DNA of 64,000 nt. Origin: Mobula hypostoma. Its lineage: Eukaryota. Shown here piece by piece: positions 23,570 to 36,165 of the stretch (position 1 is its first letter; the number at the start of each line of letters is the position of its first letter). A model generated the notes under the pieces. It was not told where the DNA came from. It worked only from the letters and a program-made list of their open reading frames with translations, and made no database searches. Where the stretch lies: positions 143,284,001 through 143,348,000 of the forward strand of contig NC_086097.1 of NCBI RefSeq assembly GCF_963921235.1. The letters are read 5' to 3'. The position numbers and the translations under genes are program-made.

Positions 23570-26498
23570 CACAAACAAGAGAAAATCTGCAGATGCTGGA
23601 AATCCAAGCAGCACACTTAGTAGGAACTTAGTAGGCCAGGCAGATCTATGGAAAAGAGTACAGTTGACGTTCTAAGCTAAGACCCTTCAGTAGGACTGGA
23701 AAAAAAGATGGAGTCACAGTAAGAAAATTGGGAGGGAGGGAGGGGAGGAAGAGCCACAAGGTGATAAATGAAATGGGGGAGGGGGATGTTGAAGTAAAGA
23801 GTTGAGGTTGATTGGTAAAAGAGATACGGGCTGCAGAAGGGGATATCTGATAGGAGAGGACAGAAGGCCATGGAAGAAAGAAAAGGGGGAGTAGCACCAG
23901 AGGAAGGTGATAGGCAGGTAAGGAGATAAGGTGAGAGAAGGAAATGGGAATGGGGAATAGTGAAGGGTGGGGTAGGCATTACCAGAAGTTTGAGAGATTG
24001 ATGTTCATGCCATCAGGTTGGATGCTACCCAGGTGGAATTTAAGGTGTTGCTTCACCAACCTGAGTGTGGCCTCATCGCGACAGTCGAGGTGGACATGGA
24101 CTGAGATGTCCGAATGGGAAGCGGAATTACAATGGGTGACCACCGGGAGATCTTGCTTTTTCTGGCAGATGGAGCATAGGTGCTTGACGCAGCATTCTCC
24201 TAATCCGCAACACACACAAGATGCTGGTGGAACGCAGCAGGCCAGGCAGCATCTATAGGAAGAAGTATAGTTGATGTTTCGGGTCGAGAGCCTTCGTCAG
24301 GACTAATGGAAAAAAGTGATACTAAGAGATTTGAGAGGGGGAGACCTGAAATGATAGGAGAAGACAGGAAGGGGAGGGATGAAGCCAAGAGCTGGGAAGT
24401 TGATTGGCAAAAGGGATACAAGGCTGGAGAAGGGGGAATATCATTAGGATGGAAGGCCTTGGAAGAAAGAGAGGAGAAGAGGAGCACCAGAAGAAGATGG
24501 AGAACAGGCAAGGAGTTATTGTGAGAGGGAGAGAGAGGAAAAAAATAAAAATTAGGGATGGAGTAAGAAGGGGAGGTGGGGCATTAACGGAAGTGAGAGA
24601 TCAGTGTTCATGCCATCAGGTTGGAGGCTACCCAGACGGAATATAAGGTGTTGTTCCTCCAACCTGAGTGTGGCTTCATCTCGACAGTAGGGGAGGCCAT
24701 GGATTGACATATCGGAATGGGAATGGGACATGAGACTAATCCGCATTGGGTTTTACCAATACTCCTTACCAGGAGCACTGGATAGAGTAGGTCAGCGGTC
24801 CCCAACCACCGGGCTGCAAAGCATGCGCTACCGGGCCGCGAGGAAACGATATGATTTGGCGATATGAAAAATCTTTCCTCATTTTGGCACCTTTCCTCAT
24901 TCCCTGTCCGGCCACTGTTGAGCCATTACGCACGCGAGGTCATTACCCACGCGTCATCCATGTCAGCGCGGGAAGAGGATCAACTCCTCGAGCTTGCAAA
25001 TGAGGGGGGGCTGAAAAGTATGTTTGACATAACATCTCTGCTGGCATTCTGAATCAAAATCAAGACTAAATATCCTGAGATAGCCACGAAAGCACTGAAA
25101 ATGTTGCTTCCATTTCCAACATCATATCGCTGCGAAGTGAGTTTTCTGCAATGAAAGCAACGAAAACTAAATTGCGGAATAGACTGAACATAAGGAACCC
25201 CCTTCGAGTATCGCTGTCTCCCATCACCCCTCGATAGGACGGTGTTGTTGCAGGAAAACAAGCCCAGGGCTCCCACTGATTCAGCGATATTGGTGTGTTG
25301 CAATGATTTTATATGTTCATATGGGGAAAATATGTGCTGTGTGTTTAATATCCAAACGTTACTTAAAATGTTATGATGCTATTGACTTACTTATATAACC
25401 ATATAACAATTACAGCACGGAAACAGGCCAACTCTGCCCTTCTAGTCCGTGCCGAACGCTACTCTCACCTAGTCCCAGCAACCTGCACTCAGCCCATAAC
25501 CCTCCATTCCTCTCCTGTCCATATACCTATCCAATTTTTCTTTAAGTGATAATATCGAACCTGATTCTGCCACTTCTACTGGAAGTTCGTTCAACACTTA
25601 CTTCAAGCTCCCCTGTCCTCCCCTGATTATTGACTTATCGCTATATTCCTGCGAGGAAAATATGCGCTGTGTGTTTAATATTAAATTCATTAGATAAGCC
25701 CTTTTAGAAACAAAATTGTGTATTAGCCACTTATCACCTATATTCCGGTGGTGATTAACACCCCGCCCCCCCAACAGAATCGGCATAAACGATTTGTAGA
25801 AAAAAATCGGCAGGCACAAGCGCGCAGGTCACGCATGCACACTGGTGCCCGCGCAAGGCTTCATGGTCATTGTAGTCTTTCTTGGGTAAACACAACGTAT
25901 TTGACTGCTACTCTTGTCCGTTGGCAACCTCACCCCACCCCGCCGGGTCGGCCGGTCTGCAAGAATATTGTAAATATTAAACCGGTCCGCAGTACAAAAA
26001 AGGTTGGGGACCCCTGGAGTAGGTGACTCTAACAGACTTGTAGGTGAAGTGTAGCCTCAACTAGAAGGACTGATTGGGGCCCTGAATGGTATTGAGGGAG
26101 AAGTTGTAGGGCCAGGTGTAGCACTTGTTCCGCTTACAAGGATGTGAAGATGGGCCCTCACCCAATCCTCCCACCACCCACCAAGGATAGGGTTCCTGTT
26201 GTCCTCACCTACCACCCCACCAGCTTCTGCGTCCAGCATATAATTCTGCATAACTTCTGCCATCTCCAGCAGGATCCCACCACCAAACACATCTTTTCCT
26301 CTCCAGCCCGCGCTTTCTGCTTTCCGTAGGGGTCACTCCCTACCCAACTCCCTTGTCAGTTCGTTCCTCCCCACTGATCTCCCTCCTGGCACTTATCCTT
26401 TTTCCCAGTCCTGCTGAAGGGACTTGACCTGAAACATCAACAGTATTCTTTTCCATCGATGCTGTCTGGCTTCCTGAGTTCCTCCAGCATTTTATGCG
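23570..26498 (-). mobile_element. Penelope-like element (Neptune-type remnants) with inverted end, inserted in the Tc1 transposase
   Basis: 13-bp TSD acccaattgagat at 23557-23569 and 26499-26511; EQHLIFRLGSLQPDGMN (GIY-YIG C-terminus); inverted segment RVPVVLTYHP at 26144-26329; a second PLE copy is nested at ~24205-24730. Confidence 0.85.
24793..26016 (+). mobile_element. hAT-Charlie/Buster-type non-autonomous DNA transposon
   Basis: TIRs cagcggtccccaacc / ggttggggacccctg; 8-bp TSD gagtaggt at 24785-24792 and 26017-26024; hAT C-terminal remnant YPEIATKALKMLLPFPTSY..KLRNRL..QAQGSH; contains a CR1-type tail at ~25393-25595 with TSD acttactt. Confidence 0.9.
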
Positions 26499-26914
26499 AC
26501 CCAATTGAGATGCTGTGGCATGACCTGAAGATGCTGTTCATGCAAGGTATCCCAGAAATATCGATGAACTAAGATAGTTTTTTATGGAGGAATGGTCTAA
26601 ACTTCCTCTTCGCCATTGTGCAAATCTGATCAGCAGCCACAGTAAACGCTTGGTGGAGGTTATTGCTGTTAAAGGATGTTCTACCAGTTACTAAATACAA
26701 GGGTTCACATAGTTTTTCCAGCCTGAACTATGAGCAATAAAACAATGTGTTCAATAAAGACATGAAAAGTACAATTATTTGTGTGTTATTGATTTAAACT
26801 GATTGTGTTTGTCTATTATTGTGACTTAGACGAAGATCAGACCATATTTTATGAGTAATTAATGCAGAAAGACAGGTAATTGTAATGGGTTCACCAACCT
26901 TTCCTTGCAACTAT

Positions 26915-27758
26915 TGTGACGAGAATACACATAAAATTAAGATGTTTGCTGGCCTGGGTTAGCATCAGTGACATCAGCAAGTGGTCTGCCACCTGCCCTC
27001 AGGGGAAGGAGAGATAAGGAACAATGGAGCAGCGTCTGGAGATGTGTAATGAAGGGACGTGGGAGAGAGAGAGCTGTCTGGAGCGGCTCCCCCTTTGAAC
27101 CCTGAACTGTTTGAAGTGATGGACAGGCGATACCCCAGCAGGGGGATAAAAAGGGACCGGTTCGCTAAGGCAGGGACACACGCCACCCGAGGTAACGAGA
27201 CCCTGGAAGCGGTGCGCCTCTCACGAGTGGGTGAGAAGTACCAGACAACGCCCGGGGTGGAAAGGTACGATCAGCGGGAACCTGGTGTGTGTCCGCCCTT
27301 GCCTGGGTGCCGGGTTCACTGCAGAGGATCGACCGCATCTGGAGGAGGGGTCACAGTCGGTGACCTCCGGTGACATCACCAAGGACCCGCCCAAAAGTTG
27401 CTTGTGAGCAATCTCGCCGGTCTGTGAGTGAAGCCGTTCTGAATGATCAGTTGTTCCTGTTCTATCTCTCTCTTCCCCCACGTTGTCCATCGCCATGGCA
27501 ACGATTACTGCGAACTGAACTTTGAGTCACTTTGAAATTTGGTCATTTACCCCTAGACAACGATAGAGCTTGATTGATGCTGTTATCTTAATTCTGTGCA
27601 CATGTGTGTTTATCATCGCTGAACTGTTGCATTTATTATCCTTTCGATTACTGTGTTGCTTGTTCCTTTAATAAAACTTTCTTAGTTCTAGTACTCCAGA
27701 CTCCAACTGAGTGATCCATTTCTGCTGGTTTGGCAACCCAGTTACGGGGTACGTAACA
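26915..27758 (+). mobile_element. Solo LTR (844 bp)
   Basis: TGTGACG...CGTAACA ends; 4-bp TSD ctat at 26911-26914 and 27759-27762; TATA-like gataaaagg at ~27145; AATAAA at ~27670; CpG-rich. Confidence 0.85.
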
Positions 27759-28119
27759 CTATATACCACATCTACCACCCTGCCATATCAACCTTCTTGC
27801 TTGCTTCTTGAAAGAACTCATGAGATACGATCTCCCACACACAAAGACTGTCCCAATGCTTGGACCAGCTAAAGAAGCTAATCTGGACTTTATTTTAGTG
27901 TTATTTGTAGGCCATCGCTTAATACCAGTTAATCACCTTATTTACTTGATTCCAACTGAAAACACTTGTCTTCGTAAAAGCAGACTTCATTTTTAAATCT
28001 CTGGAGTATTATGAGATTGTGAAAGGTGCTATTTAATTATAAATTTTTTCATGTTTTAGTCTTCTGAGTCTACATGGAATATGCATTCTCACTGTGTATT
28101 TGTCAACTTCATGTTTCAG

Positions 28120-28291
28120 AGCTTGGAACTGGCTGAACATTTCACTCCTGATGACACAAGAAAAGTGATGCTGGCCTTGGCATTTCAAAATCGGCGCTCT
28201 GTTCCTTTGCTACGTGCCCTGTCATACCACTTCATGCAAAAGTACTTTGATCTCAAGACTGAGTTACTGATTGACATGGCTTTTGCTTATG
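28120..28291 (+). CDS. TBRG4: TBRG4 exon 4
   Basis: ttcag|[29 protein letters not shown]|gtaagt; 172 nt. Confidence 0.95.
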
Positions 28292-28602
28292 GTAAGTGCA
28301 AATTCAATGACAGTGCAGCATATAAACTTAACCAAATGCAAGTGAAATGTCTGTGTGGGTCTCTGCAATCTGTGTTTAGCTCTGATTACTAGGTAACCAA
28401 GTTTGTAAGCCTAGCACCAGATTCGTGAACAGACATTCCACTCAAACTCAATTTTGAGAAGAGGAGGGGGAAGGATTCATCCCATAATACCATGTCATGT
28501 TGCAACATTTAAAAAATAAAGTATCTGCTTTTCAGAAACAAAGTAGTTTAATAAAAATAATAGCTGCTGAAAGTTTAATACTGGCTTCTTATAATCCCAC
28601 AG

Positions 28603-28760
28603 GAAAGCTGAATTTCCAACAGACACAGGTTTTCCAGCGGCTGGCCTCTGAACTTCTCCCCAGGGTACCGGAGTTGAGTCCCCTTGATATCATGCGATGC
28701 ACAAAGTCATTTGCTTACCTGAAGTGGCTCAATCTACCTTTGTTTGAAGCTCTAGCACAG
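28603..28760 (+). CDS. TBRG4: TBRG4 exon 5
   Basis: cacag|[33 protein letters not shown]|gt; 158 nt. Confidence 0.95.
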
Positions 28761-29269
28761 GTGAAGTTGCAATCATTAACATTGACATTGGAGCTAGTTT
28801 GATCATTTCCATTTTCCTATTTTGCCTTGATCTTCTGTTCACTTAAAAGACTTGGTTGGGTCTGCCTAACATTTAGCAGCTAATAATGTGTTACATATTA
28901 CCTTGTATAATACTGTTCAGTGTCTTGCTATGACCAGTAAACTTTTGTGATTTTAATTTATGTATGTAATTCGATGGAGAGCATTCATGCCCTTTCCAGG
29001 TACCATAATAAAATTATTGATTTTTGATGCTTATGATATCAATTCATATTTTCCAAAATTAAACTGAGAAAGTAAAATGTAAATTGACTCTCTTGAAGAC
29101 AATGTGCTTCATAATCCTGTCTACAGATTCCTGGTTTCTCTTTTAGAACATAAAATAGTTTAGTTTAGAAACAAGCCCCTCAGCCCACGATGTCTGTTAT
29201 GAACATGATGTCAAATTAAACTCAACCTCTTCTGCCTACGCATGATCCGTACCTCTCCAGTCTCTTCAT

Positions 29270-29945
29270 ATGAATCACAATACAGGAAGGAGATAGAAAA
29301 CCTTGTCACATGGTGTCATGACATCACATTTTCTCGCAGTGTCAGATAAATAAAAATGAGGTCATTGACTTCAGCAAGACGCACCAGTGCACATGGTCCT
29401 GTCATCATCAATGGTGCTGAGGTTGAGACGTTGAGAGTTTCAAGTAACTAAGAGTGAACAACACGATTAGACTTGAGCTGGTCAACTAAGTTGAGGTCAC
29501 TGCTAAGGAGACTTGCTGGTACCTCGACTCAGTCCATAGAAAGCATCTTATCCAGATGTACGTCAGCTTGGTATAACAAATTCTCTGTCCATGACCTCGA
29601 GAACATGCAGAGAGTTATGGACACAGCTCAGCACATCATGAAAATCAGCCTTCCCTCCTTGGAATGTGTTTTCTTGCTGACTTGTTAAGCCAGCCAGAAT
29701 AATCAAAAATCCTACCCACCCCAGAAATTCTCTTTGCTCCCCTCTCCGATTGAGCAGAAGATACAAAAGATTGAAAGTGCATACCATCAATCTCAAGGAC
29801 AGCTGCACCACTGTTATATGATTAGTGAATGGTTCTTTAGTATAATGAGATGGACTCTTGACCACACAATCTACCTCGTTGTGACCTTGCACCTTACTGT
29901 CTGCATATATTGCACTTTCTCTGTACTGTAACACTAATCTGCACT
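29270..29945 (+). mobile_element. Rex1/Babar LINE relic
   Basis: IESILSRCTSAWY..QRVMDTAQHI motif. Confidence 0.7.
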
Positions 29946-30597
29946 CTTATTTTTTTTATCTGGCCTCACCTCAGCTTCTTGACACTCCAGAGAAAACAGT
30001 TGGCTTTTCCAAGTTTGTCCGATCTCTCCTTATAGCTTAAACCCTCTTATCCAGCCAACGTGCATGTAAACTTCTGTACCCTTCCCAGAATCTGTAAGTT
30101 CAGCTTAATCAAAACTTAGCAACATGACTTACTGACTGTAGCACTCAATGCCCTGACCAATGAAGGCAAACATGTCATACATCTTGTTTACCTCTCTATT
30201 GACTGTTTTACTTGATATAAGCTCAGAATGTCATATAGTCCATCTTGATTGGTAAATTATAAAATTTGTACACGAATGGTATATGCAAAGAAAAGGCAGT
30301 TAGAGGTTGGTATCTAATTGAGAAATACAACTTTATGTATACAATAGTGGATCTCTGGGAGGGAATACTCATTTATTTGGGAGCTTTGATCAAATTCAGA
30401 TGGTTTATGAACAGAGTATTATACCTGAAAGTGAGTTATGGGCATGGTGTATATGTAGAAAATTAAGTATTTAAGAAGATTAAGGAGAGTACCTAATACC
30501 ATTCTAGAGACTGTAAGTTTGTTCATTTCTGTGTTTTTTGACTTTGGAACTTTGGAAAAGGTGCAGATAAATTAATGTATTGCATTATCGTATTTAG

Positions 30598-30708
30598 TAT
30601 GTATACGAGCACTGTGACGCGATGACTGAAGTGCAGCTCTGTAACATCATCATGGCCTTCGCTCGTCTTAATTATCAACCAGCCACTGGAGAGACCTTCT
30701 TTGCTAAG
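30598..30708 (+). CDS. TBRG4: TBRG4 exon 6
   Basis: tttag|YVYEHCDAMTEVQLCNIIMAFARLNYQPATGETFFAK|gt; 111 nt (not in the ORF track). Confidence 0.92.
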
Positions 30709-31980
30709 GTGGGGATGGTGATCTTTGAGAGGGAATATATTATCTTTATGACAGCTGTATCACAATGGTAGCTTGCTTTATTCAGAGTTAGAAAGTGGTG
30801 ATTGGTAATATAGTGGAATGTAAATGTAAAGTGTGGAAGGTGCGCTTGCATAAAATTGTTCTTGTTCTCAGCTGTGATGGCTGTATTTAGTCTCTTCGAA
30901 AAAAATTCAGCATTTCAGGACTTATAATCCAGTGATAGGAGTGTGGGTGGTGGAGGAATGCTGAATTTCTTTTACCCTTTGTGTTAAAATAACTGCTTCG
31001 TAATCAAGTTCTGAATTTAATTTACTGTATGTCCCTGTGTTTATAATTCCCTCACCAGAAAAAATAGTCCCCTATTAAAAGATTCCACTACTTTGATGAA
31101 TGTTTCCTCCATATCTTCCAAGGCCAATCTATCCACATTGCTCTGAGCAACTGAAGTACTGTCTTAATTGCTGCTCTTGACTTTTGTATTTGTAACTTTA
31201 AAATAATTTTTGCAGCTTGATACCTAATTTAGTTATAACTTATTTGCTGGATATAGGCATTATAAGAAGACAAACACTTATTGTCCATGCATAATTACTT
31301 TTGATAAGGTGGTGGTGAATGACATTCTTGAACTATTGCAATCTTGGTGAAGCTATCCCCGTAGTCTTGTTGAGTAGGGAGTTCCAGGATTTAAAACCAG
31401 CAAAGATGAAGGAATAGTTATGAATTTCTGGGTCAAAATGGTGGGTGACTTGGAAATGTTGGTGTTCCTTTACTATTCCCAGCCCCTCACTATTTAGTCT
31501 TCAATATTTCTTTGATCCAAAGCAGATCTCTTTACTCTTGGTTTCCCTGGCTATGTGGAACAAAATTGGCTCTTGTTTGCTCTATACCCTGTCTGTTATC
31601 AGTAGGGCCAGAATATAGCTAAATTGATCACTATTATGGTTTAATATCACCATAAGAAACATGAGAAATAAAAGCAGGAGTAGACCATTTGTCCTTTTGT
31701 GCTTGCCCTGCCATTCCATCAGGTAATGTCTAATCTTTTACCTCAGCTGCATTTGTCTGCACTAAGCCCACATTCATTAATAGTCTCATTTCTAAAGAAA
31801 CATGCGGATTGGTTCACTGTATCGATGGCTATTGGCACCCAGGAGAATGTGAAGTGTATTGTAATTTTGTTAATATTCTTTTAAATTTTTTTATGAAATA
31901 GCATTACATTAGAAGCAGTTGGCAGGACCAGTGGAAAACAGGATACTTTCAATAAGATCTAATTTTATTTTTGTCTGTAG

Positions 31981-32125
31981 ATTCACAGTAAACTTAACAG
32001 TGTCCTGTTGGAGATGGATCCATTCCTGCTGGTTGATTTGGTATGGTCACTTTGTATATTACAACAGGTTAATCCTGTTTACCTCCGTCATGTACTTCAA
32101 CCACATTTCTACCAAAGAGTTACAG
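31981..32125 (+). CDS. TBRG4: TBRG4 exon 7
   Basis: tgtag|IHSKLNSVLLEMDPFLLVDLVWSLCILQQ..QRVT|gtgagt; 145 nt. Confidence 0.93.
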
Positions 32126-32474
32126 GTGAGTCTTGTACTTCAGTGGTTTGTTTAAAATTCTTGTTGAATATGGAATCTTGAAGGCCCAAGTTCAGAACTT
32201 GTGTTCGGATAATGTACATTTGAATGTCTTATGCATTTATAGACAACAGAAAAATGAATGAAAAGGCTGGAATTTGTCATTGAATTGCTGCTTATTAATC
32301 AGTGTATTTAGGGTTAGGTTCTTGCCGTCCTCACCTAATCTATATTGCGTATAACCCTAATTGTAGGATAATTGTGGAAAAACAGATTAATTGTTTATCA
32401 TTGTTGTAGGCACTTGAAGTACGTATATACAAGATGTCACTGGGTTATGAGCGCCTGACGTATGGACACCCATA

Positions 32475-33507
32475 CAGTGTCCTGAAAAGTATTCAGCCCC
32501 CAACGCTTTGTTCACATAAATGAGAATTACAACAGGGATTTTGATCAATTTAACTGAGAATTTTTATTTGTGAATCACATGCTCCTTTTTTCCCCAGCAC
32601 AGCTCCAAAAATGGAGAATTGTAACGCATGAAAAACTAAAAATTCAAAACCTGAAATGTCAGCAGTTCAGAGGAATTCATCCCCCTTTCCTCAGTACTTC
32701 GCTCCCACAGCTATCACAACCAGTAGTCTTTTTGGATAAGTTTATTAGCATTGCATAAAGTAATGGAGCATGGTTTTCCCATTCCTCCTTCCAAAATTGC
32801 TCAAGTTACGTAAGATTAGTTTGGGAGCAACAGCGGACAGCAATCTTGAGGTCTTGTTAGAGATGTTCAGTCATGTTAAGGTCAGGACACTGACTTGGGT
32901 CACTCAAGGTTATCAATTTTTTTTTCATTTGAAACCACTCCATGGTTGCTCTGGCAGTGTGCTTTGAGTTGTTTTTCCTGCTAAAAGACCGACTTCCCAG
33001 TTTAAGCTTTCTGGCGGAGGCTAGCAGGTCTTTATCCAGGATCTCTCTATATTTAGCAGTAATCATCTTCCTATCAATCCTGATCCGGCTTCTGAAAAGT
33101 GTTTCCATAGCATGATGCTACCTCCACCATACTATGGTGTTAACTGGTTGATGCACAGTATTAGAATTGCACCACATGTACCAGTAAAAAAAGCATATCT
33201 TTGCCCATAAAGACTTTGCAAAGCTTTGCTCAGAAGATACTGTAAGGATATGGAAGAAAGTTTTGTGGTGGGATGAAACTAAAGTGGAACAACTTAGCCT
33301 CAATACAAAGTGTACATGTGACTTAAATCTAATACTGCACATCAACCAGGTAACACCATTCCTAATGTTTTTGGGGACTCTACTGTGGGGGGAAATAAGA
33401 GCATGTGATTCAAAAAAAAAATCAGTTAAATTGATCAAAATCCCTTGGTTGTTATACTCATTTATGTGAACAAAGGATTGGGGGCTGAATACTTCTTCAA
33501 GGCATTG
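32475..33507. mobile_element. Deleted and rearranged Tc1 transposon
   Basis: Long TIRs cagtgtcctgaaaagtattcagccccc..ttgttcacataaatgag / ctcatttatgtgaacaaag..gggggctgaatactt..cattg; minus-strand NNSKHTA..SQCPDLN; plus-strand WKKVLWWDETKVE. Confidence 0.85.
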
Positions 33508-34494
33508 TCAGTAAAAATGAATTCTCATAATATTACTCAGTTACAAAGTCTTTTGAATGACTTTAGAACTGAATAATACCCATCACCCACCCTCTTCCTC
33601 TCCCCCATCTTCCTGCTCTCCTCCCCATTTAGTAATTGTTTGTTAATGTAACAACCCATTGTAGTTCATTTGATGTAAAACACTTCATCAAATATGTGAA
33701 AAGTGGCAAATGGATGTTACAGAATTTAAACCATCAGTTAAATTGGCTAAGCAAAATGTGTAACCATTAATAGATTTTTACAATCGTAACAGTAATTCTC
33801 CTATTCCAAGAAAATAAAAGGTTGTTTCTCCCTTTTGCTAAAAATAAATTGAGTCTGTTCTCGGCAGGCTCCTAGTGCCAGCCAGGTGTGTTTAAATTAC
33901 CAAAGGTACCTTCAGATGGGGCATTAAATCATTCAGTAAGTGATTCATAGCCGCCTTTGCAAGAGAAAGAGCTTTCTTGGTGTCTAGAGTAATATTGTTC
34001 CTGCAGCTATCAGAAATGAAACTCAGGGCATCCCTCAGGTGAGTTGGAGGGGCTCAGTGGGGCAAGCAGCACCTATGGAGGATGAGGGACAGGTGATTTT
34101 TCAGGTCAGGACTCTCTTCCCTCCATAGATGCCACCTGACCTGCTGAGTTCCTCCATCTCCACCTCCCTTGTCTGTTGCTCCAGACTTAGAGTATCTGCA
34201 GTCTTTTGTGACAACATAAAATTGTTATCTTTGTCACGTTGCCTACCAGAAACACAATGCCAGGCTAATCTCTGAGTGAACTATTATAGTAACTTAATCA
34301 CAAGCTGGAGAAAAATCTGCAGATGCTGGAAATTCAAGTATCACAAACACAATGCTCCAGCATTTTGTGTGTGTTACAATAGTAATTTGTTACGTGCATC
34401 ATCTGTGGGTTGCAATCATATCTTAGAGGAACAGTTTCCAGTCGGATTGCAACCTGTTGACTTGCTAATTTGTTTGTATTTCTGTTGGTACCAG

Positions 34495-34743
34495 AAGGGA
34501 CCCAGCCACAGAAAGGGGAGAACTATAAACTGAAGTTGGTACATATCAATGCCACAGCTCAGCTTGAATGTTCTGACTATAGTGGTCCCTTTTTGCCAAG
34601 TCAGTGCCTGGATGTCTGGATCTCAGGAGCCAGGAAGAAGCCAAGTCCACTAAGTAGTGGTGTATGTGAAGCTTTGCAGTCTGCCTTTGGAGACCAGACC
34701 AAATATCGCTGTGGTGTCAACACATTGTATGGTTGGGTTATTG
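34495..34743 (+). CDS. TBRG4: TBRG4 exon 8 (alternative start 34498, NAGNAG)
   Basis: KLVHINATAQLECSDYSGPFLP...VNTLYGWVI|gtgagt; phase 1-1. Confidence 0.92.
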
Positions 34744-36165
34744 GTGAGTTGTAAAATTGGTTTTCCTTTTACTCTCTTCCCCCTTCCCCACCATGCACAT
34801 AATTTTAACCCCTTGTGCTGACCTTTGGAAAGAGAAACACAGTTAACATTTCAGATCGAAGACCCTTCATCTATTTAAACTCATGTTTAGACTGACATTG
34901 TAATGCAGGATCAAGGGATGTATTAGAGGCTGTTAAATCAAAGCCTTATTCCCAGTTCAGGTGGCTAGGAATAGAGAGGCTTCAATTTAAGATCAGCATC
35001 ACAACAATAAGGGGAGAGGTCTGGAGCAATTTGGTATAGGATGCTTGTTTGGGATCTTAAAAGAGATATCTTAAATATCTGGAATGAGGAAGTAAAAATA
35101 AATGGAGGATAGAACAAAATGGATTACTTTTGAGAGACTTAGCAACTGAATTGTTTTTTTAGTTGTTAAGACAGGTGCAAACACTTAAAGAAATCCCTAG
35201 GCAATATTCAGTTGTGAGTCAGTTGTTCTGATAAATTGCTGCACCCCTTTTCTCAACTAATATTTACTTGACCATTGCAGTTTGTGAAACTTTGCTGCTA
35301 CAGAAAAGTTAAATGGTTTGTTTTGCATGACAATCATCACTATGCTTTTTACATCTTTCAACGTAGTAACATCCTATTTAAACATAGGCAACCTATACAT
35401 AACAGGGTCTTCCATCCCTTAAAAAAAAAAGCTGCTTTGTGATTTTCTGAAATGTGAGACCCCTTTTCTCATGGAACTCTGGTTCATAATGCATTCCTAT
35501 GAGACGTTTGCCTCTCATTAAACCATTTTTCAGTGATAATTAAGTGACTCACCTTATTTAACAACTGAGCCAACACTCGTGGCTTGTGAAGTAGGAAAAG
35601 ATTTAGCAAATGAGGATATCAGGATGTAATTTGAAGATCAGGGTCCATGGGAGAAAGGGGGCATAAAAGGAGTTCTAGGGGCTAATAGGTTAAAGTACGG
35701 TGACTTAGCTTTAAGTGTAGTATAGGCTGAGGGATTACTTTGGACAGCCATGGGTCTTGGCTGTCCACAATGTAATCAGAGAAATTGCTTCACAAATGAA
35801 GAGTGCAGCACACTGTTCATGTGTCCTCAGACTGGAGAGAGTGTGGCAAAGGAGGGGGTTTCACTGAGACTGTGAACCCAATTGATGCAATGATGTCATC
35901 TTCAAATCTTCGAACCCAGAGTCTTGAGGGAATAAAAATACAAAGTGACAGCATTTGTTGTTTCTTTTGTATTTTGTGTTTACTTTTTCCGACATAAATT
36001 TTGTAAGACTGAATTTTATTCTGTATCTCAAATTTTTTGGATAGAGATTTGTGAGTTTTTAAGGACAAATTTCCATAATCTCAACAGTTGTAATGCAATG
36101 GTCACCCATATTTTCTTTCACATAGTGACTAAGTATAGCTGCTAGAGACACCCGTTGATCAAATA

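Larger units (their letters stand above)
21669..26913 (+). mobile_element. Tc1-family DNA transposon, interrupted by several insertions
   Basis: TIRs cagttgcaagaaaaagtttatgaacc / ggttcaccaacctttccttgcaact; transposase remnants AGKGYKYISK, IDEKKVKLFG, KHGGRSIMVWGCF, QQDNDPKH, and SPDLNPIE|MLWHDLK resuming at ~26500. Confidence 0.9.
20582..27860 (-). mobile_element. CR1 LINE relic (~20582-21665 and ~27765-27860) split by the Tc1 insertion
   Basis: Minus-strand CR1 RT (IHFSKALNK..) continues on the far side of the Tc1/LTR block. Confidence 0.7.

Noticed and set aside
35741..35767. Small perfect hairpin tggacagcca..tggctgtcca
   Set aside because: Short and isolated; compatible with chance.
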